This document shows positions 1 to 10,158 of a DNA stretch of 64,000 nucleotides, piece after piece. How positions within the stretch are numbered: position 1 is the first letter of the stretch; each line of letters begins with the position of its first letter. A program made the translations under genes and the position numbers. Under the pieces are notes generated by a model that searched no databases, was not told the origin of the DNA, and saw nothing but the letters and a program-made list of their open reading frames with translations. Source of the stretch: Parcubacteria group bacterium (lineage in GTDB: Bacteria; Patescibacteriota; Minisyncoccia; SW-4-49-11); the NCBI GenBank assembly GCA_943354045.1, contig CALRBF010000001.1, positions 259,860-323,859 of the forward strand, given 5' to 3'.

Positions 1-35
1 GAGATATTAGGAGGGGGGGTCTTTCAGTCGCCTCT
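1..35. repeat. Partial copy of the GC-rich mosaic palindromic repeat family, truncated by the window start
   Basis: 'gagatattaggaggggg' plus hairpin 'ctttcagtcgcc' reproduce 52420-52450 and 60486-60515. Confidence 0.5.
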
Positions 36-120
36 ATTGTTGCAACAAAGAACTCTTAATTTCACACCCCTTAAAAGGGCATGTCTTCTATATTCTAAAT
101 TAACTCATACTCACAAGTTG

Positions 121-156
121 AAAAATAAAAACCCCTACCGCCGTGACGGTGGGGGG
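121..156 (-). terminator. Rho-independent terminator for ORF 179..559
   Basis: On the minus strand, GC hairpin 'cccctaccgcc gtga cggtgggggg' followed by a T-run (an A-run on plus). Confidence 0.55.
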
Positions 157-178
157 ATGGTTTAGATATAGGGGGAAG

Positions 179-559
179 TCAGGGAAAAGGATCTCCGTCT
201 ATACCACCTAGGGTGGACAGGGGGTCTACCCCGTCTAGAACATCATGCTCCCACGGATGGATGAGGTCATCATCCGTTTCAACCTTATGCCAACTAGTGA
301 TGGGATTCCATGCCCACAACTCTACCTCATCTCCCTCTCCAAACTTGGAGAATAGACCTCCTCCAGCTATAAGGCGAATTTCTGCCTCAGGATTGAGGCG
401 AGAGAGAAAAAGGCTGGCATCAGAGCCAAGGTATCTTAGCTCCCTGACAAAACATTTTCCTCCATTGAACTCTTTTCTTAGAGCATCAATTACTAAATCA
501 ATAGCCGAATGTGATGAAGGATGCATTAGGAATATGCAACAACTAGACAAGTAAAGCAT
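179..559 (-). CDS. Hypothetical small protein; the local segment is GC-richer than the genome
   Basis: 126-aa ORF with its own terminator; the opposite-strand ORF 213..554 is low-complexity S/R-rich and probably spurious; no domain recognised. Confidence 0.4.
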   Translation of the reverse strand: MLYLSSCCIFLMHPSSHSAIDLVIDALRKEFNGGKCFVRELRYLGSDASLFLSRLNPEAEIRLIAGGGLFSKFGEGDEVELWAWNPITSWHKVETDDDLIHPWEHDVLDGVDPLSTLGGIDGDPFP

Positions 560-709
560 ATTTTATACATTTTGTCAATATTATGTATCAAAACTTAGAT
601 GGCTTTAAAATCACCACCTCTACTACATTGAAAATTTAGCCTTCACCGCCTCTTATTGCATTTTAGAGCTATATCGACTATAATAGCAAGGGTATATAAG
701 AAATATTCT

Positions 710-1276
710 ATGCTTTCTATTTCAGATATTAAAAAAGGTAAAATTATTGTGGTTGATGAAACCCCTTATTTAATTTTATTTAGCCAATTAGCGAAAAAAG
801 GACGGGCGGGTTCAGTTCTTACCGTCAAAATGCGTAATCTATTAACCCAGAATACCCAAGAGCGTAATTTTAAACAATCAGATATGTTTGCTGAGGCCGA
901 TATTGCAGAATCCTATGCTGAATATTTGTATAATGATTCTGAGGGATATCATTTTATGGATGAAAGAAGTTTTGAGCAATATGCTTTTGATACTGAGACT
1001 TTAGGTGAGAATACTATTGGATATTTACAAGAAGGCGCTAAGGTAAAAATTATAACCTTCAATGGATCTCCCATTACTATTAATCTCCCTCCAAAAGTTG
1101 TGCTCGAAGTAATCGAGGCTGTGCCTGCAATTAAAGGAAATACCGTAGATGCTGCAGTAAAAGTAGTAAAATTAGAAACAGGATTAGAGGTAAAGGTTCC
1201 TATGTTTATCAATCAAGGAGATAAAATTCGTATTAATACCGAGACTGGAATTTACGAAGAAAAGGTTACTAATTAA
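710..1276 (+). CDS. efp: Elongation factor P
   Basis: EF-P-like sequence 'GRAGSVLTVKMRNLLT'; internal Met gives the typical 189 aa; the ORF-track start 656 adds 18 aa that are probably not translated. Confidence 0.85.
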   Translation: MLSISDIKKGKIIVVDETPYLILFSQLAKKGRAGSVLTVKMRNLLTQNTQERNFKQSDMFAEADIAESYAEYLYNDSEGYHFMDERSFEQYAFDTETLGENTIGYLQEGAKVKIITFNGSPITINLPPKVVLEVIEAVPAIKGNTVDAAVKVVKLETGLEVKVPMFINQGDKIRINTETGIYEEKVTN

Positions 1277-3849
1277 CCCCAATAGTCTTTGATAGTTACT
1301 CCAACTTTAATTGGAATACTAGCTTTATATACTGATTCCATAATATTTACTATTTTCTTTTGATATAAGTCCACCTCATCCTGTTCCACCTCGAATACTA
1401 ATTCATCATGAACTTGTAATATCATATGAATATCTTGCTTTTCTCTAAGATATTCATCAATTTGAATCATAGCTAACTTTATAATATCGGCTTGCAGTCC
1501 CTGAATTGGCATATTAACTGCAATTCGCTCGAGCAAAGCTTGATTGCGAGGATTTCTAATATCTATATTGGATAAATCCCGAATTCTTCCATATTCGGTT
1601 TGAGCATATCCATGTTGGCGTGCAAATTGCTTCAAGGATTCCATATATTCATGGAGTTCCGGATAAGCTTCTCGATACCGAGCCAAGAATTCCTGTGCCT
1701 CGGTGCGACTAATTTTGAGATTGCGAGCAAGGCTTACTGCTCCCATTCCATATAAAATTCCAAAATTAATAGTCTTGGCAAAAGTACGCATTTCTTTGGT
1801 AATGTCTTCCGAGTTTACTCCATATACTCGCTGAGCTGTGGCTGTATGAAAATCTTGTCCCTGACTAAAAATCTCTAGCATTGCTTTGTCCTGAGCAAGA
1901 TGAGCGGCTAGTCTTAATTCTATTTGAGAATAATCACAGGCAAGTAATGTCCAGTTTTTAGGAGCCACAAAACATTGTTTAATTTGGCGACCAAGTTCAC
2001 TACGAGCAGGGATATTCTGAAGATTAGGATCTACCGAGGATAATCTACCAGTAGCTGCAATATTTTGCTGATAACTAGTATGTATACGGCCTTTTTTATC
2101 CATCATCAGAGGTAGACTATCAATATAGGTAGACTTAAGTTTAGCAACTTCCCGATATTGCAAAATTAAATCGACAATTTCAAATTCTGCTCGCATTGAC
2201 TCGAGAGCATCAGCTGAGGTAGAAATTTGTCCACTTCCAGTTTTCTTTACCCCTTTTGGAGATAAGGCTAATTTGGTGAATAATATTTGAGATAATTGTT
2301 TGGGAGAATTAAGATTGAATTCCTCTCCAGCTATACTATAAATTTTTTGAGTCAAATCTTTGATTTTATTCTCCACAAAATCTTTAGTTGATTGAAGTTT
2401 ATCAATATCAAATAATACTCCAATGGCTTCCATACGAGCAAGCACCGGTAATAATGGTCTCTCAATAGTATTATATACCTCCTCAATATGCTGAGGTTTC
2501 ATCTTCTCAAGAATAATAGTATATAGGCTATGCAAGCTCAGTTCTGGATGAGATTCATTATAATCAACCCCATACGCTGAGGCCACTGCTGCCAGAGATA
2601 ATTGCCTCTCTCCAGGATTGATAAGATATGCCATCAAAACAATATCCTGCAGATTAGCCTTGAGTTCAAAAGGATATAAACCCCGTATTATAGGCTTTAT
2701 ATCGGCGCAAATAAGAATTTGATTGGTTGCAAGCAAATCTCTGAGTTCTTTTTCATTGAGTTTAGCTCGCCGTCCCCTAGCGTCTATTGCCGCATAATAC
2801 TCCCCTGATTGATATATGGCTAATGGACCAGAGACCAATGTATCAAGAGACTGATACTGCGTTTTGATATGCTCTTCTGCCTGTGCTGATTTATCTTCTT
2901 GGCTCCAAAAACTTGCCTGAGCTTTATTTGGTTTTTCTTTTTCTAATATAATATTCAAATCCTTTACTAAGGAGAAAAATTCAAAATGTTTGAATGTTTC
3001 TTTTGCCTTCTCTACCGGAAATTGATATTCTAAAGTCTCATTTACAATATCTCCAATGGGAGCATCGAGGATAATTGTCGCAAGCTCACGACTAAAAAAA
3101 GCTTGTTCTTTATTATTCTTGAGATTCTCAAAGATAGATTTAGTCAAAGCCTCTCTATCCTCTTTGGCAATATCTTCAAACTTAGTATATTTATCTACAA
3201 ATTTATAAACATTCTCTATAGTCTCAAATCGCTTTAGTAGATTCACTGCTCGCAAATCTCCAATCCCTGGTACTCCCGGAATATTATCCGAAGGATCCCC
3301 CTTTAGCCCTTTAAAATCTCTCACTTGATCGGGCCTAATCTGATATTTTGCAATCACCGCTTCAGTATCAAAAATTACCGTGTCATTAATACTTTTCCTG
3401 AGGGTATAAACCGAAATACCCGGCTTTACTAATTGCATAGTATCCATATCCCCCGTCACAATTACCAATTCATTCTTACTTTTATTGGTTTGCTCGGCAA
3501 TAGTTCCAATAATATCATCAGCCTCATATCCAGCGAGCTCCAAAACAGGGATATCGAGGCCTCGCACTAATTCTTGCACCAAAGGAATTTGGTCATACAA
3601 ATCCTGATCTGCCGCCACTCGATTGGCCTTATAATCATCAAATTGCTCATGCCGAAAAGTCCCTCCATCCACATCAAAAGCTGCTAAAACAATATCCGGT
3701 TTTATATCCTTGATAACTTTTAATAATAATTTGGCATATCCATATACCGCATTCACCATCACTCCCTCCGCTGTCGTAAAAGGAGGCAAAGCATGATAAG
3801 CTCGATGAATTACCGCATTACTATCTAGAATTACAATTTTTTTCTTCAT
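1273..3849 (-). CDS. polA: DNA polymerase I
   Basis: 858 aa; N-terminal 5'-3' exonuclease region; pol motifs 'DYSQIELR', 'HDELVFE', 'RTFAKTINFGILYG'. Confidence 0.92.
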   Translation of the reverse strand: MKKKIVILDSNAVIHRAYHALPPFTTAEGVMVNAVYGYAKLLLKVIKDIKPDIVLAAFDVDGGTFRHEQFDDYKANRVAADQDLYDQIPLVQELVRGLDIPVLELAGYEADDIIGTIAEQTNKSKNELVIVTGDMDTMQLVKPGISVYTLRKSINDTVIFDTEAVIAKYQIRPDQVRDFKGLKGDPSDNIPGVPGIGDLRAVNLLKRFETIENVYKFVDKYTKFEDIAKEDREALTKSIFENLKNNKEQAFFSRELATIILDAPIGDIVNETLEYQFPVEKAKETFKHFEFFSLVKDLNIILEKEKPNKAQASFWSQEDKSAQAEEHIKTQYQSLDTLVSGPLAIYQSGEYYAAIDARGRRAKLNEKELRDLLATNQILICADIKPIIRGLYPFELKANLQDIVLMAYLINPGERQLSLAAVASAYGVDYNESHPELSLHSLYTIILEKMKPQHIEEVYNTIERPLLPVLARMEAIGVLFDIDKLQSTKDFVENKIKDLTQKIYSIAGEEFNLNSPKQLSQILFTKLALSPKGVKKTGSGQISTSADALESMRAEFEIVDLILQYREVAKLKSTYIDSLPLMMDKKGRIHTSYQQNIAATGRLSSVDPNLQNIPARSELGRQIKQCFVAPKNWTLLACDYSQIELRLAAHLAQDKAMLEIFSQGQDFHTATAQRVYGVNSEDITKEMRTFAKTINFGILYGMGAVSLARNLKISRTEAQEFLARYREAYPELHEYMESLKQFARQHGYAQTEYGRIRDLSNIDIRNPRNQALLERIAVNMPIQGLQADIIKLAMIQIDEYLREKQDIHMILQVHDELVFEVEQDEVDLYQKKIVNIMESVYKASIPIKVGVTIKDYWG

Positions 3850-3862
3850 ATATTGTTATTAT

Positions 3863-3930
3863 ATCATATTTTGGGGAAAACAGGGACAGTTTTATTGTCC
3901 TCCTTTGCGCCTGCCTGCGGTAGGCAGGTT
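3863..3930. repeat. Palindromic repeat unit (module m1), 5' flank of the RhuM cassette
   Basis: 'atcatattttggggaaaacagggacagttttattgtcctcctttgcgcctgcctgcggtaggcagg'; near-identical to 5203-5273. Confidence 0.7.
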
Positions 3931-4179
3931 TGCACTATAAGTAATATTTACATACCCCCAGGCCATAGTAGGCCTACAGAAGAAATTTATACGGTTAGTG
4001 AGCTTAGACAAATATTGAAATCACCCCATGAAACCATAAAGCAATTTGATGGGAATAATAGCTTCATTATAGACCTCAGGGAAAAACACTACCCCCCACA
4101 GAACATTCCCCCGACTCTGCAGCGATGCAGAGTCTTTCTTTACTCAAAAATACTCTCAAAAATTTAATTTTATATACAC

Positions 4180-5175
4180 TTACTTTTTCTGAAGTTTACT
4201 TTCTAGTTGATTTATAGTATCCAGATAAGATTGTTCTACTGGGCTTAGAGTTTTTTGCTGATATTTTTTATATTCATCTTGAGCTTTTTGCATTGCTTCT
4301 TTACTACTAATTTTACCTGCATTTCGTAAGACTTCTTCCCCTGTAGCCAACAAAATACTATCTAAATGGTCTGCCCAATCTTGCATCTTCATTGGGACTT
4401 GTCTTTCTGCTTGTCTTTCAGCAAAGTCTAGATATCCTGAGACTATTTGACCCAATGCTCTTAATTCTTTTTCATCTAGATAATTTTTAGCTATTGAGAT
4501 ATCTTGTAATTGCGGGGTATTCCCAGTAAAGGTAGTGAGTCCCATAAATTCTTTTTCCGCATCAGCTCGATTATAAATCACTTCAGCTGCAGTTTGTTTA
4601 TGTACTGCATAATGTATTTTGTTCTGGACTTTTTTGAAAAATTCAATTGAAGTTTTATTATTAGCATCATAATCTATACTTGTTGCATAGATATCTAATA
4701 TCTGTCTATAAAAAACTTTCTCACTAGCTCGAATATTTCGTATACGGGTTAGCAATTCTTTCCAATAATTACCTCCGCCTAGATTTTTGAGCCTCTCATC
4801 ATCCATCGTGAAGCCTTTGAGTATATATTCTTTTAACCTTTGAGTTGCCCAAATTCTAAATTGAGTGGCTATTTTGCTATTAACTCTATAACCTACAGCG
4901 ATAATCATATCTAGATTATAATATGCAATTTCACGATTAACCTCTCTAGTACCTTCTTTTTGAACTATCCGGAAATTCCGGACAGTTGATATCTCGGCTA
5001 ATTCCTGAGTTTTATAGATATTTTGTATATGTTCACTAATAGTTCTGACATCAACTTCAAAAAGTTCTGCCATTAATTTTTGAGATAACCAAATCGTCTC
5101 ATCCTCTATAAAAACATTCAACTTTACCGCTCCATTGGAATCTGTATACAATATAAAGTTGTTTTGCTCAGTCAT
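4180..5175 (-). CDS. RhuM-family (virulence-associated, Fic/DOC-neighbourhood type) protein
   Basis: 331 aa; N-terminal block 'TIWLSQKLMAELFEVDVRTISEHIQNIY...IAVGYRVNSKIATQFRIWATQ' is typical of PF13310-like RhuM proteins; flanked by direct repeat copies. Confidence 0.6.
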   Translation of the reverse strand: MTEQNNFILYTDSNGAVKLNVFIEDETIWLSQKLMAELFEVDVRTISEHIQNIYKTQELAEISTVRNFRIVQKEGTREVNREIAYYNLDMIIAVGYRVNSKIATQFRIWATQRLKEYILKGFTMDDERLKNLGGGNYWKELLTRIRNIRASEKVFYRQILDIYATSIDYDANNKTSIEFFKKVQNKIHYAVHKQTAAEVIYNRADAEKEFMGLTTFTGNTPQLQDISIAKNYLDEKELRALGQIVSGYLDFAERQAERQVPMKMQDWADHLDSILLATGEEVLRNAGKISSKEAMQKAQDEYKKYQQKTLSPVEQSYLDTINQLESKLQKK

Positions 5176-5202
5176 GTTTTTGATTATTATATATTTTTAT
5201 TA

Positions 5203-5320
5203 TAGCATATTTTGGGTAAAAATATGGACAGTTTTATTGTCCTCCTTTACCTGCCTACCGCAGGTAGGCAGGGAGGAGCTTTAAGTCCCTCTTATACTTT
5301 TTTAGGAGAGGGAAAAGAAA
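5203..5320. repeat. Mosaic palindromic repeat (m1 + m2 modules), 3' flank of the RhuM cassette
   Basis: 'agcatattttgggtaaaaatatggacagttttattgtcctcctttacctgcctaccgcaggtaggcagggaggagctttaagtccctc...ttaggagaggg'. Confidence 0.7.
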
Positions 5321-5345
5321 AGCCCGATCTATGCCGGGCTTTGAG
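5311..5345 (-). terminator. Terminator for lipoprotein ORF 5371..5778
   Basis: Hairpin 'agcccg atctatg ccgggct' with a T-run on the minus strand. Confidence 0.45.
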
Positions 5346-5370
5346 GTCGTGTTGACTACTGCTTAGGTAC

Positions 5371-5778
5371 TTAAAGTAAAAGGACAGTAGCACGCCCATT
5401 TTCTATTATATGAGGAATTGCCACAAATCCTGGCACTACAACATTTTGTGGCAAAACACTCTTATTATTAAGACGATTATCCACTTGACCAGCGGGTAAT
5501 CTTGCCCTCACCCAACAAGACCTCCTAACTCTTGGGGATGATTGACATAAATATGAGAGCCTTTCTATGGGAACATTTCTAAACTCAAATGTCAAGAGTT
5601 TACTTGATGACACAACATCCCTAGACATTAGTGTAGCTGTGAATCTATCGGTTGGAAATATTTTAGGAGGATTACTTACTCCAGAACATCCAGAGACTCC
5701 TAGAAGGAGAATAAGCCCAAGAATGGAAGGTAGACGAAATCGGAATCTAGACATGGAAAGAACTCCAGTGATGGTCAA
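5371..5778 (-). CDS. Hypothetical lipoprotein
   Basis: Signal peptide plus lipobox 'LLLGVSGCSG'; bracketed by repeat copies; the real start is probably the internal Met. Confidence 0.4.
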   Translation of the reverse strand: MTITGVLSMSRFRFRLPSILGLILLLGVSGCSGVSNPPKIFPTDRFTATLMSRDVVSSSKLLTFEFRNVPIERLSYLCQSSPRVRRSCWVRARLPAGQVDNRLNNKSVLPQNVVVPGFVAIPHIIENGRATVLLL

Positions 5779-5825
5779 TAACCTTATATCATATTTTAGA
5801 ATTTTTGTCTATATTTTAGATTTCT

Positions 5826-5965
5826 GACGACTGAAAAGTCGCCCCTACGAGAGGAAATGTCGGCGAGGTCGCTGACTCTACGAAAAATGGAGGGATAAAC
5901 CCCCTCCCAAACTAAAATATGGGAGGGACTTAAAGCCTCCGCTACGAAAACTCCACACCACCCTT
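5826..5965. repeat. Mosaic palindromic repeat (m3 hairpin 'cgactgaaaagtcgcccctacga' + m5 'ggagggataaaccccctcc...gggagggacttaaagcctcc')
   Basis: Homologous to 50155-50225 and other copies. Confidence 0.7.
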
Positions 5966-5981
5966 ACCGATACTCCCATGC

Positions 5982-6010
5982 TTGAAAATAAGCTGGTTTT
6001 ATGGTATAAT
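5982..6010 (+). promoter_or_regulatory. Sigma70-type promoter of yebC-ruvC
   Basis: TTGAAA (5982-5987), 17-nt spacer, extended -10 'tggTATAAT' (6005-6010), 28 nt upstream of the yebC ATG. Confidence 0.6.
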
Positions 6011-6038
6011 TGTAATCAATAAGATAATAATATTCAAT

Positions 6039-6572
6039 ATGGCTGGGCATAATAAATTCTCCAAAATCAAGCATAAAAAAGCTGCTACAGATAAGTTGAA
6101 GGCTCAGAATTTTTCTAAGGTGGTCAAGATGATTCAAATTGCGGCAAGGAAAGGTTCTATTGATCCTGCTATGAATCCTGAGTTGAGATTAGCTTTAGAA
6201 AAAGCTAAAGAAGTCAATATGCCTAAAGATAATATTAATCGTATTTTGGAAAAAGCCTCTAATACCAGTGGGCAGGTGATTATGTATGAGGGTTTTGGGC
6301 CTGAGGGGGTTGGTTTGCTCATCAAGACATATACCGATAATGGTAATCGTACGGTGGCTGATTTAAGGCATCTATTATCTAAAAATGGAGGTAGTCTAGG
6401 GGCTAGTGGATCAGTGATTTGGATGTTTGAGGAAATTATCAGAGAGCAAGAATATAAAGTCAATATACCTACTGAAATTACTGAAGAGGCCCAAGAAAAA
6501 TTAGACAATCTCATTGAAATCCTAGAAGAATTAGATGATGTGGAAGAGATTTGGACTACTGCCTCCATTTAG
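6039..6572 (+). CDS. yebC: YebC/PmpR-family transcriptional regulator
   Basis: 'MAGHNKFSKIKHKKAATDKLKAQNFSK...' is typical of YebC; the conserved yebC-ruvC linkage is present. Confidence 0.85.
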   Translation: MAGHNKFSKIKHKKAATDKLKAQNFSKVVKMIQIAARKGSIDPAMNPELRLALEKAKEVNMPKDNINRILEKASNTSGQVIMYEGFGPEGVGLLIKTYTDNGNRTVADLRHLLSKNGGSLGASGSVIWMFEEIIREQEYKVNIPTEITEEAQEKLDNLIEILEELDDVEEIWTTASI

Positions 6573-6575
6573 AGT

Positions 6576-7082
6576 ATGGATAATAATTCCCCCTATCGTA
6601 TTCTCGGCATTGACCCAGGAACCGCCACCACAGGATTTGGAATTATTGATACTTCCCTATCTCGCGTATCCAATGTGGTGGATTATGGTGTTATTACCAC
6701 AGAATCTCATCTCTCAGACTCTAAGAGACTTGCCATTATAGATGAGAGTCTCAAAGAGATTATTGCCACGCATAAGCCTAATATTATTGCGGTTGAAAAA
6801 TTATTCTTTTTTCGTAATACAACTACTATTATCACGGTAGCGCAGTCTCGGGGAGTTATACTTCTTAATGCTGAATTACATAATCTTCAATTATTCGAAT
6901 TCACCCCGCTTCAAATCAAGCAAGCAATAACCGGCTATGGTAAAGCTCCTAAAGCCCAAATGCAGCAAATGGTAGCGACAATTCTAGGGCTCAAATCTAT
7001 TCCCAAACCAGATGATGCGGCTGATGGTCTTGCTGTGGCACTTTGCTGCCAATCAAGTTTAGGATATTTGTTAAAAGTGTAA
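6576..7082 (+). CDS. ruvC: Holliday junction resolvase RuvC
   Basis: 'ILGIDPGTATTGFGII' RNase H-like fold motif; 168 aa. Confidence 0.85.
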   Translation: MDNNSPYRILGIDPGTATTGFGIIDTSLSRVSNVVDYGVITTESHLSDSKRLAIIDESLKEIIATHKPNIIAVEKLFFFRNTTTIITVAQSRGVILLNAELHNLQLFEFTPLQIKQAITGYGKAPKAQMQQMVATILGLKSIPKPDDAADGLAVALCCQSSLGYLLKV

Positions 7083-8672
7083 TTATCGAGATAAATTAGA
7101 TAATATCGTATTAGATAACCTACTGGGCCAATATGTGACTCTTCTTATAGTGCATGAGGGACAAACCCCACCAACCCATGGTCCAATATCCAATCTATCA
7201 TATGGTGCTAATGTTAGTACAGAGGCTGTAACTATAGACTGCCCACCACCAGAAACGGTTACATCATTATCATTATAAGCTGACGCTATTTTTATAAGCT
7301 GATTATTTGTCAAACTAGGTGACGGTACCTGTACTGCATCACGAGTTGATCCATCACGTGCCATTAAAGAGTAATTATTAGTAGAAGTTTTTCTAGGTCT
7401 AAGAGATCCCGCGGCTGTACTAATTGTTAAATACTGTTGATCAATACCAAGTGTCGCATAAGCCTCTGTGTATAATGATCCAGGTCCCCGGGTATAAAAT
7501 GTATTAAAAGTATCCCCCGTAATATTGGCATTATCTACTGGACGTGTATTAGCGGCTCCTATGGTAATAATCAGAGAAGTAGCAGAGCTTCCAGCCTCAA
7601 CTTGTGCCCCCCAAATTGTTATATCCCAATCTGCTGTACCCCCATTAATAATATCAGCAAAATTTTTATACAGTGAACTATCTGTTTTATTAACTGTTCT
7701 CGTAATACGAACCCACTGCCCTACAATTAAAGAACTATAATAGTTCAGCCCACCCTCATCTCCAATATCTGTATTATAAACACCATTATTACTTGGGATA
7801 GCATTTAGTTTTGCATAGAAACTCACAGTATAGCTAATTCCTGTAGGTGATGTTGTTAAATTAGGAAAACTAATTCTCGTATATCCATAAGTTGGTCCCG
7901 TATTAATGAATCTCACAGCTGTATTACTCCCATCTGGAGCTAATAATCCTGTTTGGACACTAAGACCAGCTCCAACACTTTGTGCCCAAGAGCTTACATT
8001 ATATGCTGAGTGAAGCACATTATTGGTTCTCGCCTCCTCCACCAACAGCCCCAGCGATTCGCCTGTTATTGGGTTGTGGTCGAATCTTGGCTCATTGGCT
8101 GCCGCTGTCTTAAGTAGTCCATCACTCCCCACATAAGTTGCTCTATTCGGGGTTGGGTTAGTCTCTCCCCTACTAAAGCTTATAGGGATACTTCCTGTAG
8201 AATTAAATAACATTTTATCTCTGGCAAAGTTTATATCTAAATTGGGATTCCCTGCTATATTTGCTGCTGTATTACCCGCACTATCATATCCTGCACTTAC
8301 TCCATTTGCTGTCTTGGTTACCGTATATTGTCCATTGGCATCTGGAGGTACTGGTATTGATGCTATATAGATAGGACTTAATGAGCTACTTAAATTTATT
8401 CCATTACTACATGTTACGCTACATAATCCTATACTTGCTCCTACGGGTATATTTTGTAAACCTACGGGATAACTTCCTCCATTATCTATGATGAATTGTT
8501 GCACTGCTTTTGCTATACTATTTATATCTGCTCTTCGCTGCGCTGTTCTTGCTGCTTCTATTTGTTTATTGGGGTTTATTGCCACCAATACTATAGCCGC
8601 CAATATTCCTATTGCTGCTATTACTAATAATATCTCAAGTAGGGTGAAACCTTTTTGTTTTTCTCTTTTCAT
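7083..8672 (-). CDS. Type IV pilin-like protein with a large C-terminal domain
   Basis: Prepilin N-terminus 'KGFTLLEILLVIAAIGILAAIVLVAI' (class III leader and N-methylation site) followed by about 490 aa that is S/T/N/G-rich. Confidence 0.7.
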   Translation of the reverse strand: MKREKQKGFTLLEILLVIAAIGILAAIVLVAINPNKQIEAARTAQRRADINSIAKAVQQFIIDNGGSYPVGLQNIPVGASIGLCSVTCSNGINLSSSLSPIYIASIPVPPDANGQYTVTKTANGVSAGYDSAGNTAANIAGNPNLDINFARDKMLFNSTGSIPISFSRGETNPTPNRATYVGSDGLLKTAAANEPRFDHNPITGESLGLLVEEARTNNVLHSAYNVSSWAQSVGAGLSVQTGLLAPDGSNTAVRFINTGPTYGYTRISFPNLTTSPTGISYTVSFYAKLNAIPSNNGVYNTDIGDEGGLNYYSSLIVGQWVRITRTVNKTDSSLYKNFADIINGGTADWDITIWGAQVEAGSSATSLIITIGAANTRPVDNANITGDTFNTFYTRGPGSLYTEAYATLGIDQQYLTISTAAGSLRPRKTSTNNYSLMARDGSTRDAVQVPSPSLTNNQLIKIASAYNDNDVTVSGGGQSIVTASVLTLAPYDRLDIGPWVGGVCPSCTIRRVTYWPSRLSNTILSNLSR

Positions 8673-8696
8673 GAGAGTTATTTTTTTACTTTTTTA

Positions 8697-10079
8697 TTAT
8701 ACCATACTTTGTATGAGTTTTATGTCATTTGGATTACTTCCTGCCTCATAGAATACAAGCTGCCTCTCCTTTATAGTATTTGATTGAATTAATGCGTCCA
8801 CATAATTCCAAGCAGCTTCAATTTCATCAGCCCGAATAAATAATGATTGATCTTGTTCAATAATATCTTGTATAAGCCGTGTATATGCCCCTTGACTTCG
8901 CTGCCCAAACGATTCTTCATAGGTGAAATTAAGTTTTACGGGCTGTATACACATTCCTTTTCCGGGAAATTTTGCATTTACCGTATAATATACCTCTTCA
9001 TTTGGCTGTATACTAATAACGAGCTCATTTTGCTGAGGATTGCACCCCTCATCAATATGACTAAAATAGTTAAAACTTTGCTTAAATTTTATTCTAATTT
9101 CAGCTTTAGTCTCTGATAATCGTTTCCCTGTTGATATATAAATAGGAGTATTTTCCCAGCGCAAATTATCTATATAGGCAGTTAATGCTATATATGTCTC
9201 TGTCTTGGACTCTGTAGGGACACCAGTCTCTTCAAGATAACTCTTTTTATCCCCTGAGCTGATATATTGCCCTAAGATTATATCTTTTGACTGAATTGGT
9301 CTTAGGGAATTAAGAATTTTATGCTTTTCATCACGAATATATTCTGCTTCCATAGCGACAGGAGCTTCCATGGTAATCAAAGCTAAGGTTTGCAAAATAT
9401 GATTCTGTAGAATATCTTTGATAATACCGGTATTATCAAAATACTCAGCCCTCTCATTAATACCCCGCTCTTCCCACACATTAATAGAGATTGACTCTAC
9501 ATAATGATTATTGAGTAATGGCTCAAACATAGTATTACCAAATCTCAAAGCTAAAATATTTTGTATTGTCTCCTTCCCAAGATAATGATCTATTCGATAA
9601 ATTTCCTCTTCTCGAAAAGATTCTGCGAGTTGATTATTCAATGCTTTTGCAGATATAATATCCGAGCCAAATGGTTTTTCAAATACAAGAGTATATTCTA
9701 TATCTTTATATTGTTGTTTGATATCGGATAAGGTAGTAATAATATTCCCAAAGGCTTGTGGTGGTATTGCCATATACCAAATAATTCTATCCCCTTTTTG
9801 TATGTCATAATCCCGAATAAAATTCTGAATTGTGAGTATAGTATCAAAGTCTAATTGTATATAATGTAAATTATCAATAAAATCTAATTTCCAATCATGT
9901 ATACCAAGAGAATCTCTCACTAATTGCTGATATTCTTCTTGTGTATAAGGCTTTCTGCCAGCTCCAATAAATTGGGTTTCCCCGATATATTGGCCATAAG
10001 AAAACATTTCAGCTAAAGCTGGGTATAATTTGGTGCGAGCTAAATCTCCCGTAGCACCAGTAATAATAAAATATGTCAT
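8697..10079 (-). CDS. zwf: Glucose-6-phosphate 1-dehydrogenase
   Basis: 'GATGDLA', 'RIDHYLGKE', 'EKPFG' motifs; 460 aa. Confidence 0.88.
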   Translation of the reverse strand: MTYFIITGATGDLARTKLYPALAEMFSYGQYIGETQFIGAGRKPYTQEEYQQLVRDSLGIHDWKLDFIDNLHYIQLDFDTILTIQNFIRDYDIQKGDRIIWYMAIPPQAFGNIITTLSDIKQQYKDIEYTLVFEKPFGSDIISAKALNNQLAESFREEEIYRIDHYLGKETIQNILALRFGNTMFEPLLNNHYVESISINVWEERGINERAEYFDNTGIIKDILQNHILQTLALITMEAPVAMEAEYIRDEKHKILNSLRPIQSKDIILGQYISSGDKKSYLEETGVPTESKTETYIALTAYIDNLRWENTPIYISTGKRLSETKAEIRIKFKQSFNYFSHIDEGCNPQQNELVISIQPNEEVYYTVNAKFPGKGMCIQPVKLNFTYEESFGQRSQGAYTRLIQDIIEQDQSLFIRADEIEAAWNYVDALIQSNTIKERQLVFYEAGSNPNDIKLIQSMV

Positions 10080-10158
10080 CTTGAAAATATATTAACCATT
10101 ATCTAGAGTGTATCCCAAGATTATCAATACTGTCAAATAGATAAATTATTCTCTTGAT

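Noticed and set aside
213-554. Plus-strand ORF overlapping minus ORF 179..559
   Set aside because: The S/R-rich low-complexity translation is typical of an antisense reading through a GC-richer gene. The minus ORF has its own terminator.
656-709. N-terminal extensions of efp (656-709) and yebC (5982-6038)
   Set aside because: The family-typical N-termini begin at internal Met codons. A consensus promoter lies inside the putative yebC extension.
3853-4167. ORF 3853..4167 (+)
   Set aside because: Its N-terminal half is a translation of the palindromic repeat copy ('CGRQVCT' from 'ctgcggtaggcagg'), and the rest is antisense to a promoter-like region. Likewise 46550..46759, 52439..52636, 57169..57450, 57356..57553, 36801..37013 and 55593..55787 overlap repeats or tRNA genes.
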